A stretch of 64,000 nucleotides of DNA. Source: Nannocystis bainbridge (GTDB lineage: Bacteria; Myxococcota_A; Polyangia; Nannocystales; Nannocystaceae). This document shows, in pieces, positions 10,716-21,300 of this stretch (its first letter is position 1; each line of letters begins with the position of its first letter). The notes beneath the pieces are model-generated. The model did not search any database and was not told the origin of the DNA. It saw nothing but the letters and a program-made list of their open reading frames with translations. The translations under genes and the position numbers were made by a program. The stretch covers positions 640,001 to 704,000 of the forward strand of contig NZ_JAQNDL010000005.1 in the NCBI RefSeq assembly GCF_028368995.1, read 5' to 3'.

Positions 10716-11668
10716 TCGCCATCCTCGCCGCCAACGTGCGCGCCGCGCTCGGCGATCGCTCGCCCAAGATCACCGCTGACGCCGCCCAGGCCCTCGCGCG
10801 GCTCGCCGACCGCGCCTTCGCCGGCGACGACTACGCCGCCGGCGTCTATCACGGCCTCGTCTGGGACCTGCACGCCGACCCCGACCCGCGCACCTACGCC
10901 GTGCGGCGCTACCTCGTCGAGACCGGCTACGCCGTCGAGGAGGCCCACGTCCCGCGCCTCCCCGAAGCGCCTCTGCTCGCCCCCGATGCCTTGCTCGCGC
11001 GCCTGCAGGCCGAGCAGAACCAGCGCACCGGCCTGCGCCACCCGATGTCCGAGCACCTGTTCCACGGCCGGCCCAGCCTCGCCGACCTCAAGATCTACCT
11101 GCGGCATCACTGGCACCGCTCGCGCCTCTTCTACCGCGAGCTGACCGAGCTCGCCCTCAGCTGTCCCTTGGGCCATGCCAGCGTCCTGCACCGCAACCTC
11201 TACGACGAGACCGGCGGCGAGCACGGCGCCCAGGCTCACCCCGTCCTGCTGCAGCGGCTCCTGCGTCACTTCGATCTCCCGCACGGCTTCGACGATCGCC
11301 CCGCGCTGCCCGAGGCCCACGCCTACCTCAACAACCGCATCCGCTGCGCCCGTCACCCCAACCTCGCCTGGGGCCTCGCGGTCCTGTTCTCGCTCGAGGC
11401 CGGCACCCCCGCCACCCACGGCAACATCCACGCGCTGCTGCAGCGCTTCGATGTCCCCGAGCATGCCCGCGAGTTCCACCGCGTGCACATGAGCGCCGAC
11501 GTCGAGCACGCGCGCGAGACCGCCGAGCTGATCGGCGCCGTCATTCAGAGCCCCGCGGATCAGGCGATCCTGTTCGCCTCGCTCCGCTACCACCGCGCTT
11601 TGGGCCAGCGCTACTTCGACGCCATCTGGCGCGAGATGCAGGCCACGCATGACGACCGCGACCGGTGA
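10712..11668 (+). CDS. heme-oxygenase-like diiron oxidase (iron-containing redox enzyme, CADD/BesC-like)
   Basis: NLYDE..AH, FSLE and HRVHMSADVEH ligand pattern; ATG overlaps the stop of the upstream gene (ATGA). Confidence 0.8.
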   Translation: MIAILAANVRAALGDRSPKITADAAQALARLADRAFAGDDYAAGVYHGLVWDLHADPDPRTYAVRRYLVETGYAVEEAHVPRLPEAPLLAPDALLARLQAEQNQRTGLRHPMSEHLFHGRPSLADLKIYLRHHWHRSRLFYRELTELALSCPLGHASVLHRNLYDETGGEHGAQAHPVLLQRLLRHFDLPHGFDDRPALPEAHAYLNNRIRCARHPNLAWGLAVLFSLEAGTPATHGNIHALLQRFDVPEHAREFHRVHMSADVEHARETAELIGAVIQSPADQAILFASLRYHRALGQRYFDAIWREMQATHDDRDR

Positions 11669-12695
11669 GAAGCTCCTCCTCGAACTGCTCGACGGCTTCC
11701 TCGGCAGCAAGCTGCTGATGACCGCCTACAAGCTCGACCTCTTCACCGCCGCCCGGGCCCCGATCGCCCGCGAGGCCCTGCGCGCCGCCAAGGGCCTGCC
11801 CGAGCGCTCCTTCAAGATCGTCGTCGACGGCTGCGTCGCCCTCGGCCTGCTGCACGAGGACGAAGACGGCCTCGTCACCCCGCCCGCGCTCGCTCCCTTC
11901 CTCGTGCGCGCCCCCGACCGGCCGTTTCAGACCACCACCTACTTGCTCGAGTACTACGACGAGGTCTACCGCGCCCTCGCCGACATGGACGCGCTCGTGC
12001 GCAGCGACGGCGCCGCCTCCCCGTTCAAAATGCGCGACTACTTCAAGGACGACGTCGCCGCCGTCGACCCGCAGGTCGCCGCCGAGTATTCGCGCTACAT
12101 GGACGCCACGATCGCCCGGATCGTCGAGGTCGTGCTCGCCACCTATCCTTTCGGACAGCACCGCAAGCTGCTCGATCTGTGCGGCAACACCGGCAGCTTC
12201 TGCGCCGCCATCGTCGCCGCCACCCCCGGGCTTCACGGCGCCTTCCTCGACGTGCCCGCCTGCGTCGACATCGGCCGCCGCCAGCTCGCCGACCGCCCCG
12301 AGCTCGCGGGCCGCGTCGAAGCGATCGCCGGCGACGTGTTCCGCACCCCGCTGCCGCCCGACTGCGACGTCATCACCATGTGCCGCTCGGCCATGGACTG
12401 GGGCGACGAGCGCATCGGCGCCGTCTACCGCCGCGCCCACGAGGCCTTGCCCGCCGGCGGCCGCTTCCTCGTCATCGAGCGCATGCTGCCCGAGCGCGTC
12501 CTGCCCGAGGCCCTGCCGATGTACCTGCGCGGCGTCTACTTCCTCGCCAAATCGGAGAGCACCCGCTACCGCTCGCCGCGCGAGCACCTCGCCCTGCTGC
12601 AGGCCGCCGGCTTCACCGCGATCGAAGAGCTCGAGCCCCCGCGCGCTCCCTACGAGTTCTTCCAGTCGATGCGGATCCTCGTCGCCACCAAGTGA
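11649..12695 (+). CDS. SAM-dependent O-methyltransferase with dimerisation domain
   Basis: N-terminal KLDLF dimerisation helix, DLCGNTG, AGDVF, MDWGDE, GGRFLVIE. Confidence 0.85.
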   Translation: MTTATGEKLLLELLDGFLGSKLLMTAYKLDLFTAARAPIAREALRAAKGLPERSFKIVVDGCVALGLLHEDEDGLVTPPALAPFLVRAPDRPFQTTTYLLEYYDEVYRALADMDALVRSDGAASPFKMRDYFKDDVAAVDPQVAAEYSRYMDATIARIVEVVLATYPFGQHRKLLDLCGNTGSFCAAIVAATPGLHGAFLDVPACVDIGRRQLADRPELAGRVEAIAGDVFRTPLPPDCDVITMCRSAMDWGDERIGAVYRRAHEALPAGGRFLVIERMLPERVLPEALPMYLRGVYFLAKSESTRYRSPREHLALLQAAGFTAIEELEPPRAPYEFFQSMRILVATK

Positions 12696-12741
12696 TTCTT
12701 TCACGGGACGCTCGCACGACCTCATCGCTCGCTCGCACGAC

Positions 12742-13854
12742 GTGATGCCTACCCCGCTGCCCAGCCTCGCCGCGATCGCCCGCGTCCCGCACGACCTGCT
12801 GGCCGCCGCCGTCGCGCTCTGCCTCGATCCCGTCGCCCTCCCGGTCCTGCTGCAGGCCCTCGACCTCGACCTGCTCTCCCGCCTCGCCCGCGGCCCCGCC
12901 ACGCTCGGCGAGCTCGCCGATGGCACCGGCGACGTCGCCCTCGAGATGACCCTCGAGCTCGGCCGCGGCTTCGGCCTGTTCACGCTGTGCGACGATCGCC
13001 ACGGCCTCACCGACCTCGCCACCACTTGCTTCCTCGCCACCTCCCCGCTGCGCCTGCTCGGCCTCGTCGATCGTCACCGCCGCTACGTCGCCGCCATCGC
13101 GGCCCTGCCTGACGCCTTACACAGCACCCCGCGTGCCGACCGACGCGTGTGGTCGCAGCAGGCCGACCAGGGCGCCCAGGCCGACTACTTCCGCGCCCGC
13201 GCCGGCTTCAACGAGGCCAGCCGCGACTACTTCCGCGACACCGCGGCCCTGCTCGCGCGCGCCCACTGCGAGCGCGACCTCGCGGCGCACCGCGTCGTCT
13301 GCGACATCGGGGCCGGGCCCGCGGCCTTCGCCGCCATCCTCAAGTCCGCCGCGCCGCACCTGCAGGTCCACGCCGCCGAGGTCACCTACAAAGATCCCGC
13401 CTACCTCGCCACCACCGCCGCCGACCTGCAGGGCCTCGAAGTCGCGCTGCACCCCGTCAACGTCCTGCACGAGCCGCTCCCGCCGGCCATCGATCTGCTG
13501 ACCGCCAACCGCCTGTTCTCCGGCCTCGGCCGCGACGGCGCCGAGGGCTGGGCCCGCCGCCTGCACGCCGCCCTCGCCCCGGGCGGCACGCTCGCCCTCG
13601 TCGATTTTTTCGCCACCGGCGAGCCCGCCCACGATCGCTCCGTCGCCGCCCTCGTGGCCCTGTGGATGGCCTGGAACCGCCACGAGCTGCAGCGCGCCCC
13701 GATCGTCGAAGCCCACGACGATCGCCGCGCCTGGGGCTGGAACCCGCCGTGGCGCTGCGACGAGCTCTCCGACCTGCTCGCGCGCGTCGGCTTCCGCGAC
13801 GTGCGCTCGCGCAGCGTCGTCCCCCCGTTCGCCCTCGTCGAGGCCCGCAAGTGA
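12742..13854 (+). CDS. class I SAM-dependent methyltransferase
   Basis: CDIGAGPA, ALAPGGTLALVDF, LLARVGFRDV. Confidence 0.75.
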   Translation: MMPTPLPSLAAIARVPHDLLAAAVALCLDPVALPVLLQALDLDLLSRLARGPATLGELADGTGDVALEMTLELGRGFGLFTLCDDRHGLTDLATTCFLATSPLRLLGLVDRHRRYVAAIAALPDALHSTPRADRRVWSQQADQGAQADYFRARAGFNEASRDYFRDTAALLARAHCERDLAAHRVVCDIGAGPAAFAAILKSAAPHLQVHAAEVTYKDPAYLATTAADLQGLEVALHPVNVLHEPLPPAIDLLTANRLFSGLGRDGAEGWARRLHAALAPGGTLALVDFFATGEPAHDRSVAALVALWMAWNRHELQRAPIVEAHDDRRAWGWNPPWRCDELSDLLARVGFRDVRSRSVVPPFALVEARK

Positions 13855-13965
13855 TCTCGCGCGACCCCACGCCCTGATCGCCGTGCTTCCACGGTATCGC
13901 AGGCACGCTCCCGGCCGCCTCACGCCTCGCCGCTCCGCCCGCCTCCTTCTGCCTCGAGCTTCGCA

Positions 13966-15783
13966 GTGACCACCGACCCCACGCCCGTGCGCTGCTGCGA
14001 CGTCGTCTGCCGCGACCTCGCCCTCGACAACGTGCTCGTGCACGGCGTCCACAGCCGCGAAGCTCGGGTCGTCGCCCGCGACGCCGCCGAGGCCCTGCTG
14101 GCCGCGCGCCGCTTCCGCCCGCTCGCCGAGCACATCGACCTCGCCACCCGCGGTCGCCCGGCCGAGGAGGCCGCCAACATCGGGAGCGGCCTGCTCGCGC
14201 TCGCCGAAGCCGGCATGTTCGTCTCCTTCGCCGAGCTCCGGCGCGTCTGCGTGCGCGACGACGAGCCCCCGCCGATCGACCTCGTCGCCGTCCCCAGCGC
14301 CGAGCGCCCCGCCATGGCCGAGCGCGCCGTCGCCTCGCTGATCGCCGACGGCCAGCGGTTCGCGCGCGACCGCGAGCTCGTCGTCGCCGACGGCTCGCGC
14401 GATCCGGCCACCCGCGCCGACTATCGCGCCCGCCTCGGCGCCCTCGCGCGCGCCCACGCGGCCCGGATCACCTACATCGGCGACGACGAGCGCCGCGTCT
14501 TCGTCGAGCGCCTGGCCGCGCGCGGTCACGACCCCGACCTCGTCGCCTTCGCCCTCGCCGACCGCGAGCACACCGGCATGGCCTATGGGACAGGTCGCAA
14601 CGCCCTCCTGCTCCACGCCGTCGGCCGCCGGCTCGTCAGCCTCGACGACGACGTGATCGCCCGCCGCGTCGACCCGCCCGAGCCGCTGCCCGGCCTCGCC
14701 GTGTTCACCGGCGAAGGCGAGGGCTACGACAACTACCAGCCGCAGGACATCCGCTTCTACCCCCACCGCGCCGCCGCCCACGCCGACGCGCGCTGGTCGC
14801 ACGACGAGGCCCTCGGAGGCCACGCCGGCATGCTCGGCCGCTCCCTGCCTGCCCTGCTCGCCGCCGTGCCCGCCGGCCAGCCGATCGACCTCGACGACTG
14901 CCTCGACCGCGCCATCCTCCGCCGCCTGCGGGCCGGCCAGGGCCGCGTGCGCGTCACCTTCCAGGGCCTCCTCGGCGACCTCGGCTGGTACGCCCCGACC
15001 TGGTGCCTCCTCTTCGAAGGCGACAACCGCCAGCGCCTGCTCGCCAGCGAGGACGACTACCGCCGCGTCCTCGCCTCCACGCGTCAGGCCCTGCGCCTGG
15101 TCCGCCGCGCCACCGTCGGCGACGGCCGCTACTGCCAGGGCGCCGTGCTCGGCCTCGACCACCGCGACCTCCTGCCGCCGTTTATCCCCGTCGGCCGCTA
15201 CGAGGACGGCGTGTTCCGCACCACCCTGCGCGCCCTCGACGACACCGCGCTCTTCGGACATGTCCCTTCGGCCCTGGTCCATGAGCCATGTCAGGAGCGC
15301 GCCTGGGCCCCCGGCGACGTCTGGCGCCCCGGCGGCTGGGTCCGCTTCGGCGAGCTCGTCGTCCAGTGCCTGCGGTCCGCCCCGGCGCCGACCACCCCCG
15401 CGCGGCTCGGCGAGCACCTCGGCGAGCTCGGGCGGCTCCCGCCCGCCGATTTCCGCGCCTTCGTCTCCGGCCGGCTGTGGCGGCAGAAGGAGCTCTACGC
15501 CCGCCACCTGCAGCGCCTGCTCGCCCGCCACGGCGGCGCGCCCGCCTGGTGGGCCGACGACGTGCGGCGCCACCTCGGCGCGGTGGCCGAGCACGCCGCC
15601 CACCGCGACTATCCGGCCCCGCGCGACCTCCTCGGTGAAGCCGGCGACCCCGACCGCGCCCTCGCCCGCGCCCAGCAGCTCGTCGCCCGCTTCGGCGCGC
15701 TGCTGGCCGCCTGGCCCGACATTCGCGCCACCGCTGCCGAGCTCGCCCGCGCCGGCCACCCGCTCGGCGCCCCGCTCGCGTAA
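13966..15783 (+). CDS. hypothetical protein with GT-A-like domain and possible N-terminal winged-helix/RRE
   Basis: VVADGS, YGTGRNALLL, VSLDDDV (DxD-type motif), GRYED; codon usage matches host genes. Confidence 0.55.
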   Translation: MTTDPTPVRCCDVVCRDLALDNVLVHGVHSREARVVARDAAEALLAARRFRPLAEHIDLATRGRPAEEAANIGSGLLALAEAGMFVSFAELRRVCVRDDEPPPIDLVAVPSAERPAMAERAVASLIADGQRFARDRELVVADGSRDPATRADYRARLGALARAHAARITYIGDDERRVFVERLAARGHDPDLVAFALADREHTGMAYGTGRNALLLHAVGRRLVSLDDDVIARRVDPPEPLPGLAVFTGEGEGYDNYQPQDIRFYPHRAAAHADARWSHDEALGGHAGMLGRSLPALLAAVPAGQPIDLDDCLDRAILRRLRAGQGRVRVTFQGLLGDLGWYAPTWCLLFEGDNRQRLLASEDDYRRVLASTRQALRLVRRATVGDGRYCQGAVLGLDHRDLLPPFIPVGRYEDGVFRTTLRALDDTALFGHVPSALVHEPCQERAWAPGDVWRPGGWVRFGELVVQCLRSAPAPTTPARLGEHLGELGRLPPADFRAFVSGRLWRQKELYARHLQRLLARHGGAPAWWADDVRRHLGAVAEHAAHRDYPAPRDLLGEAGDPDRALARAQQLVARFGALLAAWPDIRATAAELARAGHPLGAPLA

Positions 15784-16735
15784 TCATCGCTCCTGCGGAT
15801 TCACCGCGGAGCCCCGGGCGCGCTCCCAGATCCGCCGGAGAACATCGTAAGTCGAGGGAAGGTCCCCGCGGCAGCGACAGCGCCGACGAGGCGCCCCATT
15901 CTCCGGGGCATGACCGGACCGCAGCGAATCGCAGCAGCACGCGCGTTCGCCTGCGGACGGCCCACGAACCGCGATTACGCGCCTCTCTTCGTCAGGCCGG
16001 CTTGTAAATCGTCGCCGTCGGCCGGTCCCACCGCCATGCCCGCGAGCGGCGATCTCCCGACAATGTCCGCAGTCAATGCCCGCAGCAGCGCGGGCGCCCG
16101 ATCGCTGCGATCGGCGTCGCGGCCGCCCCGCCGCCTCGTCGCCGATGTAAGCCCAATCGCTACCTCCCGCCGCCTTTCGGCGAAACACCGTCGCAAATGT
16201 GGGCAGGACCCGCGAGGCGCCCACATCACCCGCCGCCGCGCCCGGCCGACGGGTGTTCACAACACCACGCGCTCGCCCCATCGCCTCCGGCGTGAACAAT
16301 CGCCGCACGCGGATCGAAACAATCGAGCCCCGTCGGCGCTCCGCCGGCTCGCCGCCGAATCATCGCTATCGCCGCGAGACCCCGGCTGCGGCCGCCAGGG
16401 CCCGCTGCGGGCCGCCGACTGCCACCAGTCCAATGGCGCGGTTCCGCGTCAGAACTCCACTTCGCACGACGCCGCAATGCCACCGCAAGCGCCGGCGGGC
16501 CCCTGTGGCCTGCGATCTTCATTGTCGCCTGTCGCCGTCGGATCCGGACAAACCGACTCTGCCGTAAGGTCACCGTGGTCCGCCCAATCGCATGTGTGGC
16601 GCCCGCAGCACCGGCGCCTGCTCTCTTTTTGGTTGCCTTCCACCGCGTTCCTCGCGATGATGAAAGCGCGTCGAAACGGCTAGCACTCGCTATCCGGGGG
16701 CCGCTCATGGCGAGCGGTCCCGCGAAGGAGTTGTC

Positions 16736-17101
16736 ATGGGTAATACATCGAATCAGATCAAGAAGGCCATGGAAATTGACGGGGCGATCGCCGCGGCGAT
16801 TGTCGATAGCGAGAGCGGCATGACGCTCGCCACCGCCGGTGGCGGCGCCGCGTTCGACATCGAGGTGGCCGCCGCCGCCAACACGAACGTCGTCCAGGCC
16901 AAGCTCAAGGCCATGGCGAGCCTGCGGCTCGCGGACGAGCTGGAGGACATCCTCATCACCCTCGGCAAGCAGTATCACATCATCCGCCCGCTGCGGCGCA
17001 CCCCGGCGGTCTTCTACTACCTCGCGTGCGAGCGCAGCCGGACCAACCTGGCGATGGCACGCCGGTCCCTGGCCGAGATCGAGCACGCGACGACGCTCTA
17101 G
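16736..17101 (+). CDS. roadblock/LC7-like (MglB-like) protein
   Basis: IDGAIAAAIVDSESGMTL, EDILITLGKQYHIIRP, NLAMAR; SD AAGGAG. Confidence 0.85.
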   Translation: MGNTSNQIKKAMEIDGAIAAAIVDSESGMTLATAGGGAAFDIEVAAAANTNVVQAKLKAMASLRLADELEDILITLGKQYHIIRPLRRTPAVFYYLACERSRTNLAMARRSLAEIEHATTL

Positions 17102-17170
17102 GCCGATCCCGGACCGAAGCGTCGGCGTGACGGCCGTGCGCGCCGACGCTGCGCATTGGAGGCGTTTACT

Positions 17171-18304
17171 TTGGCTTCGCTGTTTATCGTCGACGACGAT
17201 TCGCAGTTCCGCAGCGCCCTGACGCGCGAACTCGAGGGACGCGGCTTTCAGGTCGCCTCGGCCTCCTCGGTCCACTCTGCTCTGGCGGCTCTGGCGAAGC
17301 GCCCGGCCGACGTGGTCCTCACCGACCTGTGGCTGGGCGGTCCCGACGGCCTCGACCTGCTCAAGCTGCTCCCGAGCGTGTCGCGACGGTCGCGCACGAT
17401 CGTGATGAGCGCCCACGCCAGCGCGCGCGATCATCAAGTCGCCACCGAGCTGGGCGCCGTCGACATCCTCCTCAAGCCGTTCTCCTCGACCGAGCTGCTG
17501 CGATCGATCCAGAAGGCGATCGACTGCGAGACCGGCTTTCAGGGCAGCGTCCACGGCCTGTCGCTCATCGACATGGCGCAGATGTTCCACCTCTCGCAGC
17601 GCTCGGTCACCATCGTCGTCACCCACGCCGACCAGCCGTCGAGCAAGATCCACATCCGGCGCGGCGAGATCATCGACGCCGCCCACGGGTCCGCCTCCGG
17701 CTGCAGCGCCCTGCGGGCCATCCTCGCCAGCTCGTCCGGCACCCTCCACACCACCAGCCTCGAAGAGGACGTGGTCCCGACCATCGCCGCGCCCTTCGAC
17801 CAGCTGCTGCTCACCAGCCTGACCCAGCTCGACGAGGAGCAGCACGAGGAGCAGCGGGCCGCCGCCGGCGAGACCGTGTTCGAGTTCGAGGGCGTCGACG
17901 ACGACGAGCCCGCCGCCCCGCGCCCGGCCGCCGCGCCGACCCGCGTGCCTGCGCTCGACGCCGCTTGCCGCCGCCTCGGCGAGTCGGTCGACGGCGCGCT
18001 CGTCTGCGCCGTCGTCGACCTCGCCAGCGGCGACCTGCTCGGCTATCACGCGCGCCGCATCGGCGCCGTGCCGCTGACCGAAGCGGCGCTGGCGGCCGCC
18101 GGCGTCGCTCTGTTCGGCGGCCGGCTCGCGCTCGGTCGGCTGCAGGAGGTCCAGCTGACCGCCGCCGAGCACTACGTGTTCGCCAGGCGCCTCGCCGGCC
18201 GCGATTGGTCGCTCGTCCTCTGCACCGACCGATCGATCAGCATCGGCCTCGGGTGGGCGCAGCTGCGCGCGCAGATCGGCCTGGTCGAGTCGCTGGCGAC
18301 GTGA
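17171..18304 (+). CDS. response regulator REC - DUF4388 - roadblock-like fusion
   Basis: IVDDD, TDLWL..DG and LKPF receiver motifs; FQGSVHGLSLIDMAQM..IRRGEIIDA; C-terminal GALVCAVVDLASGDLLG; TTG start after GGAGG. Confidence 0.8.
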   Translation: MASLFIVDDDSQFRSALTRELEGRGFQVASASSVHSALAALAKRPADVVLTDLWLGGPDGLDLLKLLPSVSRRSRTIVMSAHASARDHQVATELGAVDILLKPFSSTELLRSIQKAIDCETGFQGSVHGLSLIDMAQMFHLSQRSVTIVVTHADQPSSKIHIRRGEIIDAAHGSASGCSALRAILASSSGTLHTTSLEEDVVPTIAAPFDQLLLTSLTQLDEEQHEEQRAAAGETVFEFEGVDDDEPAAPRPAAAPTRVPALDAACRRLGESVDGALVCAVVDLASGDLLGYHARRIGAVPLTEAALAAAGVALFGGRLALGRLQEVQLTAAEHYVFARRLAGRDWSLVLCTDRSISIGLGWAQLRAQIGLVESLAT

Positions 18305-18321
18305 AGCAAGAGGAGACGGAC

Positions 18322-21300
18322 ATGGCAGTCTTCGAACCAGACCGCGGGAGGATCGTCCTCCGCATCGTGTACGACGGCCCCGGGCGCGCCGGCAAGACCA
18401 CCAACGTCGAGCAGCTCGCGCGCATCTTCGGCGCCCAGCCCGGCGACGAGCTGCAGGTCCACCCGGCGGCTACCGGTCGCACGATCTTCTTCGACTGGTT
18501 CAGCTTCGACGGCGGCATGCTCGACGGCCAGCAGCTGCAGATCCAGGTCGTCACCGTGCCGGGCCACAAGAGCCTCGAGCCGCGCCGCGCCCACATCCTC
18601 CACGGCGCCGACGTCGTGGTCCTCGTGTGCGACAGCGCCGTCTCCGGCCAGGACTCCGCGCGCGAGATGCTCGACAGCCTGCGCGAGCACCTCGGCAAGC
18701 GCGCCGACCACGTGCCCCTGTTGGTCCAGGCCAACAAGCAGGACCTCCCGAGCGCCATGTCGCCGCCCGAGCTCGCGGCCGCGCTCGGCCTCGGGCCCGA
18801 CGTGTCGGTGCTCGGCGCCCAGGCCTCGGCCGGCATCGGCGTGCGCGAGACGGCGATCGACGCGATCCGGGCGGCCGTGCGGCAGATGAAGCTGCGCACC
18901 ACCCACGACGGCCTCGGCGCCGTCGCCGGGCGGGCCGGCACCGCCGAGCAGCTGCGCACCGCCCTGCAGGCCCTCGATAACCACGGCACCCAGCGCGACG
19001 ACGACGCCGCTCACGCCCGGCCGCGCGCCCCTTCGGACGAGGGTCGCGTCGTCTACATCCGCTCGGCCAAGCTCGTCAGCCAGCTCGGCGGCGAGGCCGA
19101 CGCCGTCGGCCGCGCGCGCACGCGGGCCCCCGAACCTGTCCCTTCGAGCATGTCCGAACGGCCCGAGCCCGCGCGCCCGGCCAGGCCGCGGATCCCCGTC
19201 TCCGCCATGTTCCTCGAGCCGGTCCCCGACCCGCCCGACATCCCCGCCGCCCCGCCCGCGGCCGTGCGCGTCCCGCCGCCGCCCGTGCTCTCGCTCGCCG
19301 ACCCGCCGGGCCCCGCCGTCGCGCCGCTCGAGCTCGATCCCTCCGACTCGACGGCGCTCGCCAGCGATGCCTCTTCGAGCGACATCTTCGCGACCTCCGA
19401 GCGCATCACCGCACCTGTCCCCGAGGACATCCAAGCTCCCGCCTCTTCGCCGAGCGAGCCTGCGCCGAACGTCAGCGCTCCCGCCGACCCGGCCCCCTCC
19501 CACGCACCTGTCCCCGAGGACAGCAATGCGGTCGCCGAGGCCGGGCCTCCGGGCGAGCTCCCGCCCGCGGCGCCCCACGCACCTGGCCCCAAAGCCAGCA
19601 CCATCCCCCCCCCGGCCGGGCCGTCCCCACAACCTGTCCCCCAGGCCAGCCAGACGAGGACCCCGTCACCCGGCCGGCCACCTGCTCTCAAGGACAGCGC
19701 CCTCGCCCGATCGGCCAAAGATCTGCGGGAGCGACTCCGCGTCGCCCCGCTGACCCACGAAACTGTCCCCCAGGACAGCCCCTCGATCACGGCCGCCAAG
19801 CACGCCCTCGCCGTCCCCGCGGCCCGCGCAGCCGGCAGCTCCCCAGCCGCATCTGGCCCGCAGGACCCGCGTCCTACATCCGCCCGCGCTGCGTCCGAAA
19901 CTCCTGTCCAGGAGGACAGCAGCGCTCCCTCGTCCGCCGCCTCCCCGCAGCCCACACCTGGCCTCGAAGCCAGCACTTCACAGGCTGTCCCTAAGGACAG
20001 CCAAGACTCTGCCGCCGGTCACGCTGCCACGGCCAGCCCGAGTCTCGCTTCCGAACCCGTCGCCGAGGACATCGCCTCCTCCTCGCCTGTCCCCGAAGAC
20101 AGCCCTGCCCCAGCCTCCGAGCACCCCCCCGCGGCCAACCAGAACCTCGCGTCCGCTCCTGCCCCCGAGGACATCACCCCAACCCCATCTGTCCACGAGG
20201 ACAGCCCCGGCCCCTCCTCAGTCTCCGAGGACCGCTCGAGCCTTCCGTCCTCCCCTGTCCCCGAGGATATCACCGCATCCTCGCCTGTCCTCGAGGACAA
20301 CCCAAACCCGGCCTCCGCTCCCGAGAATCAGCCCCCTCCGTCTCCCAAGGATATCACCCCATCATCACCTGTCCTCGAGGACAGCCCACCCGCAACCTCC
20401 GCCCCCGAGACTCAGCCCCCTCCGTCCCTCGAGGATATCACCGCATTCTCGCCTGTCCCCGAGGACAGCCCACCCGCAACCTCCGCCCCCGAGACTCCGC
20501 CCCCTCCATCCCCCGAGGACATCGCCTCATCCCCGCCTGTCCCCGAGGATAGCCCAAACCCGACCTCCGCCCCCGAGACCCAGCCCCCTCCATCCCCCGA
20601 GCACATCGCCTCATCCCCGCCTGTCCCCGAGGACAGCCCACCGCCCGTCCCCGACCCGCAGCCCGCTCCATCCCTCGACCTCCCCCCGCCGCGCCCCGAC
20701 CTGCCTCCTGGCCACGTCTGGCCGGTCCCTGGCGGCCGTCATGTCCTCGAGCGGATCGCCGACGCCTCGCTCCACCGCGCCAGTCCTTCCGGACATGCCC
20801 CCTCGAGCATGCTCTTCGAGACAGGTGATTTCCGCCTCCACACCCGCCCCGAGTGGCGCTTCGCCGACCCCGAGCAGGGGCGCGCCGCGCTCCGCGACCA
20901 CGTCCGGCGGGCCGCCCGGCTCGGCCCCCTGCTCCCGGCCGACACCGCCATCGCCCTCGCGCCCACCGGCGCCAACGACGAGCACCTCCTCTGGCACATC
21001 GTGCCCGCGCTGGATTCGCTCGGCCAGGCCATCGAGCGCGCCCCCGAGAGCGAGCGTCCGCAGCAGCTCGCCCGCCTCGCCGCCGCCTACGCCACCGCCT
21101 TGCGCCTGCTCGCCCGCGACGGCCTCGCCCTCGAGCTCGCCCCGCACGCCTTCGCCGAGCAGCACGGTCGCTGGGTCTACCTCGGCGCCCGCCTCGGCGG
21201 CCCTGCATCCGCCACCGAGGTCCTGGACGCCCTCCTGCGCCCCTCCCTCGACCTGCCCTCGCGCACGGCCTGGCTCGACGCCCTCGAGCAATCCCTGCCC

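Noticed and set aside
16680-16700. CIRCE half-site (TAGCACTC) or sigma54 promoter
   Set aside because: No second CIRCE arm, and GG-to-GC spacing is 9 rather than 10.
17329-18321. N-terminal extension of the 1360-aa ORF
   Set aside because: Overlaps the response regulator in another frame; a start with SD is at 18322.
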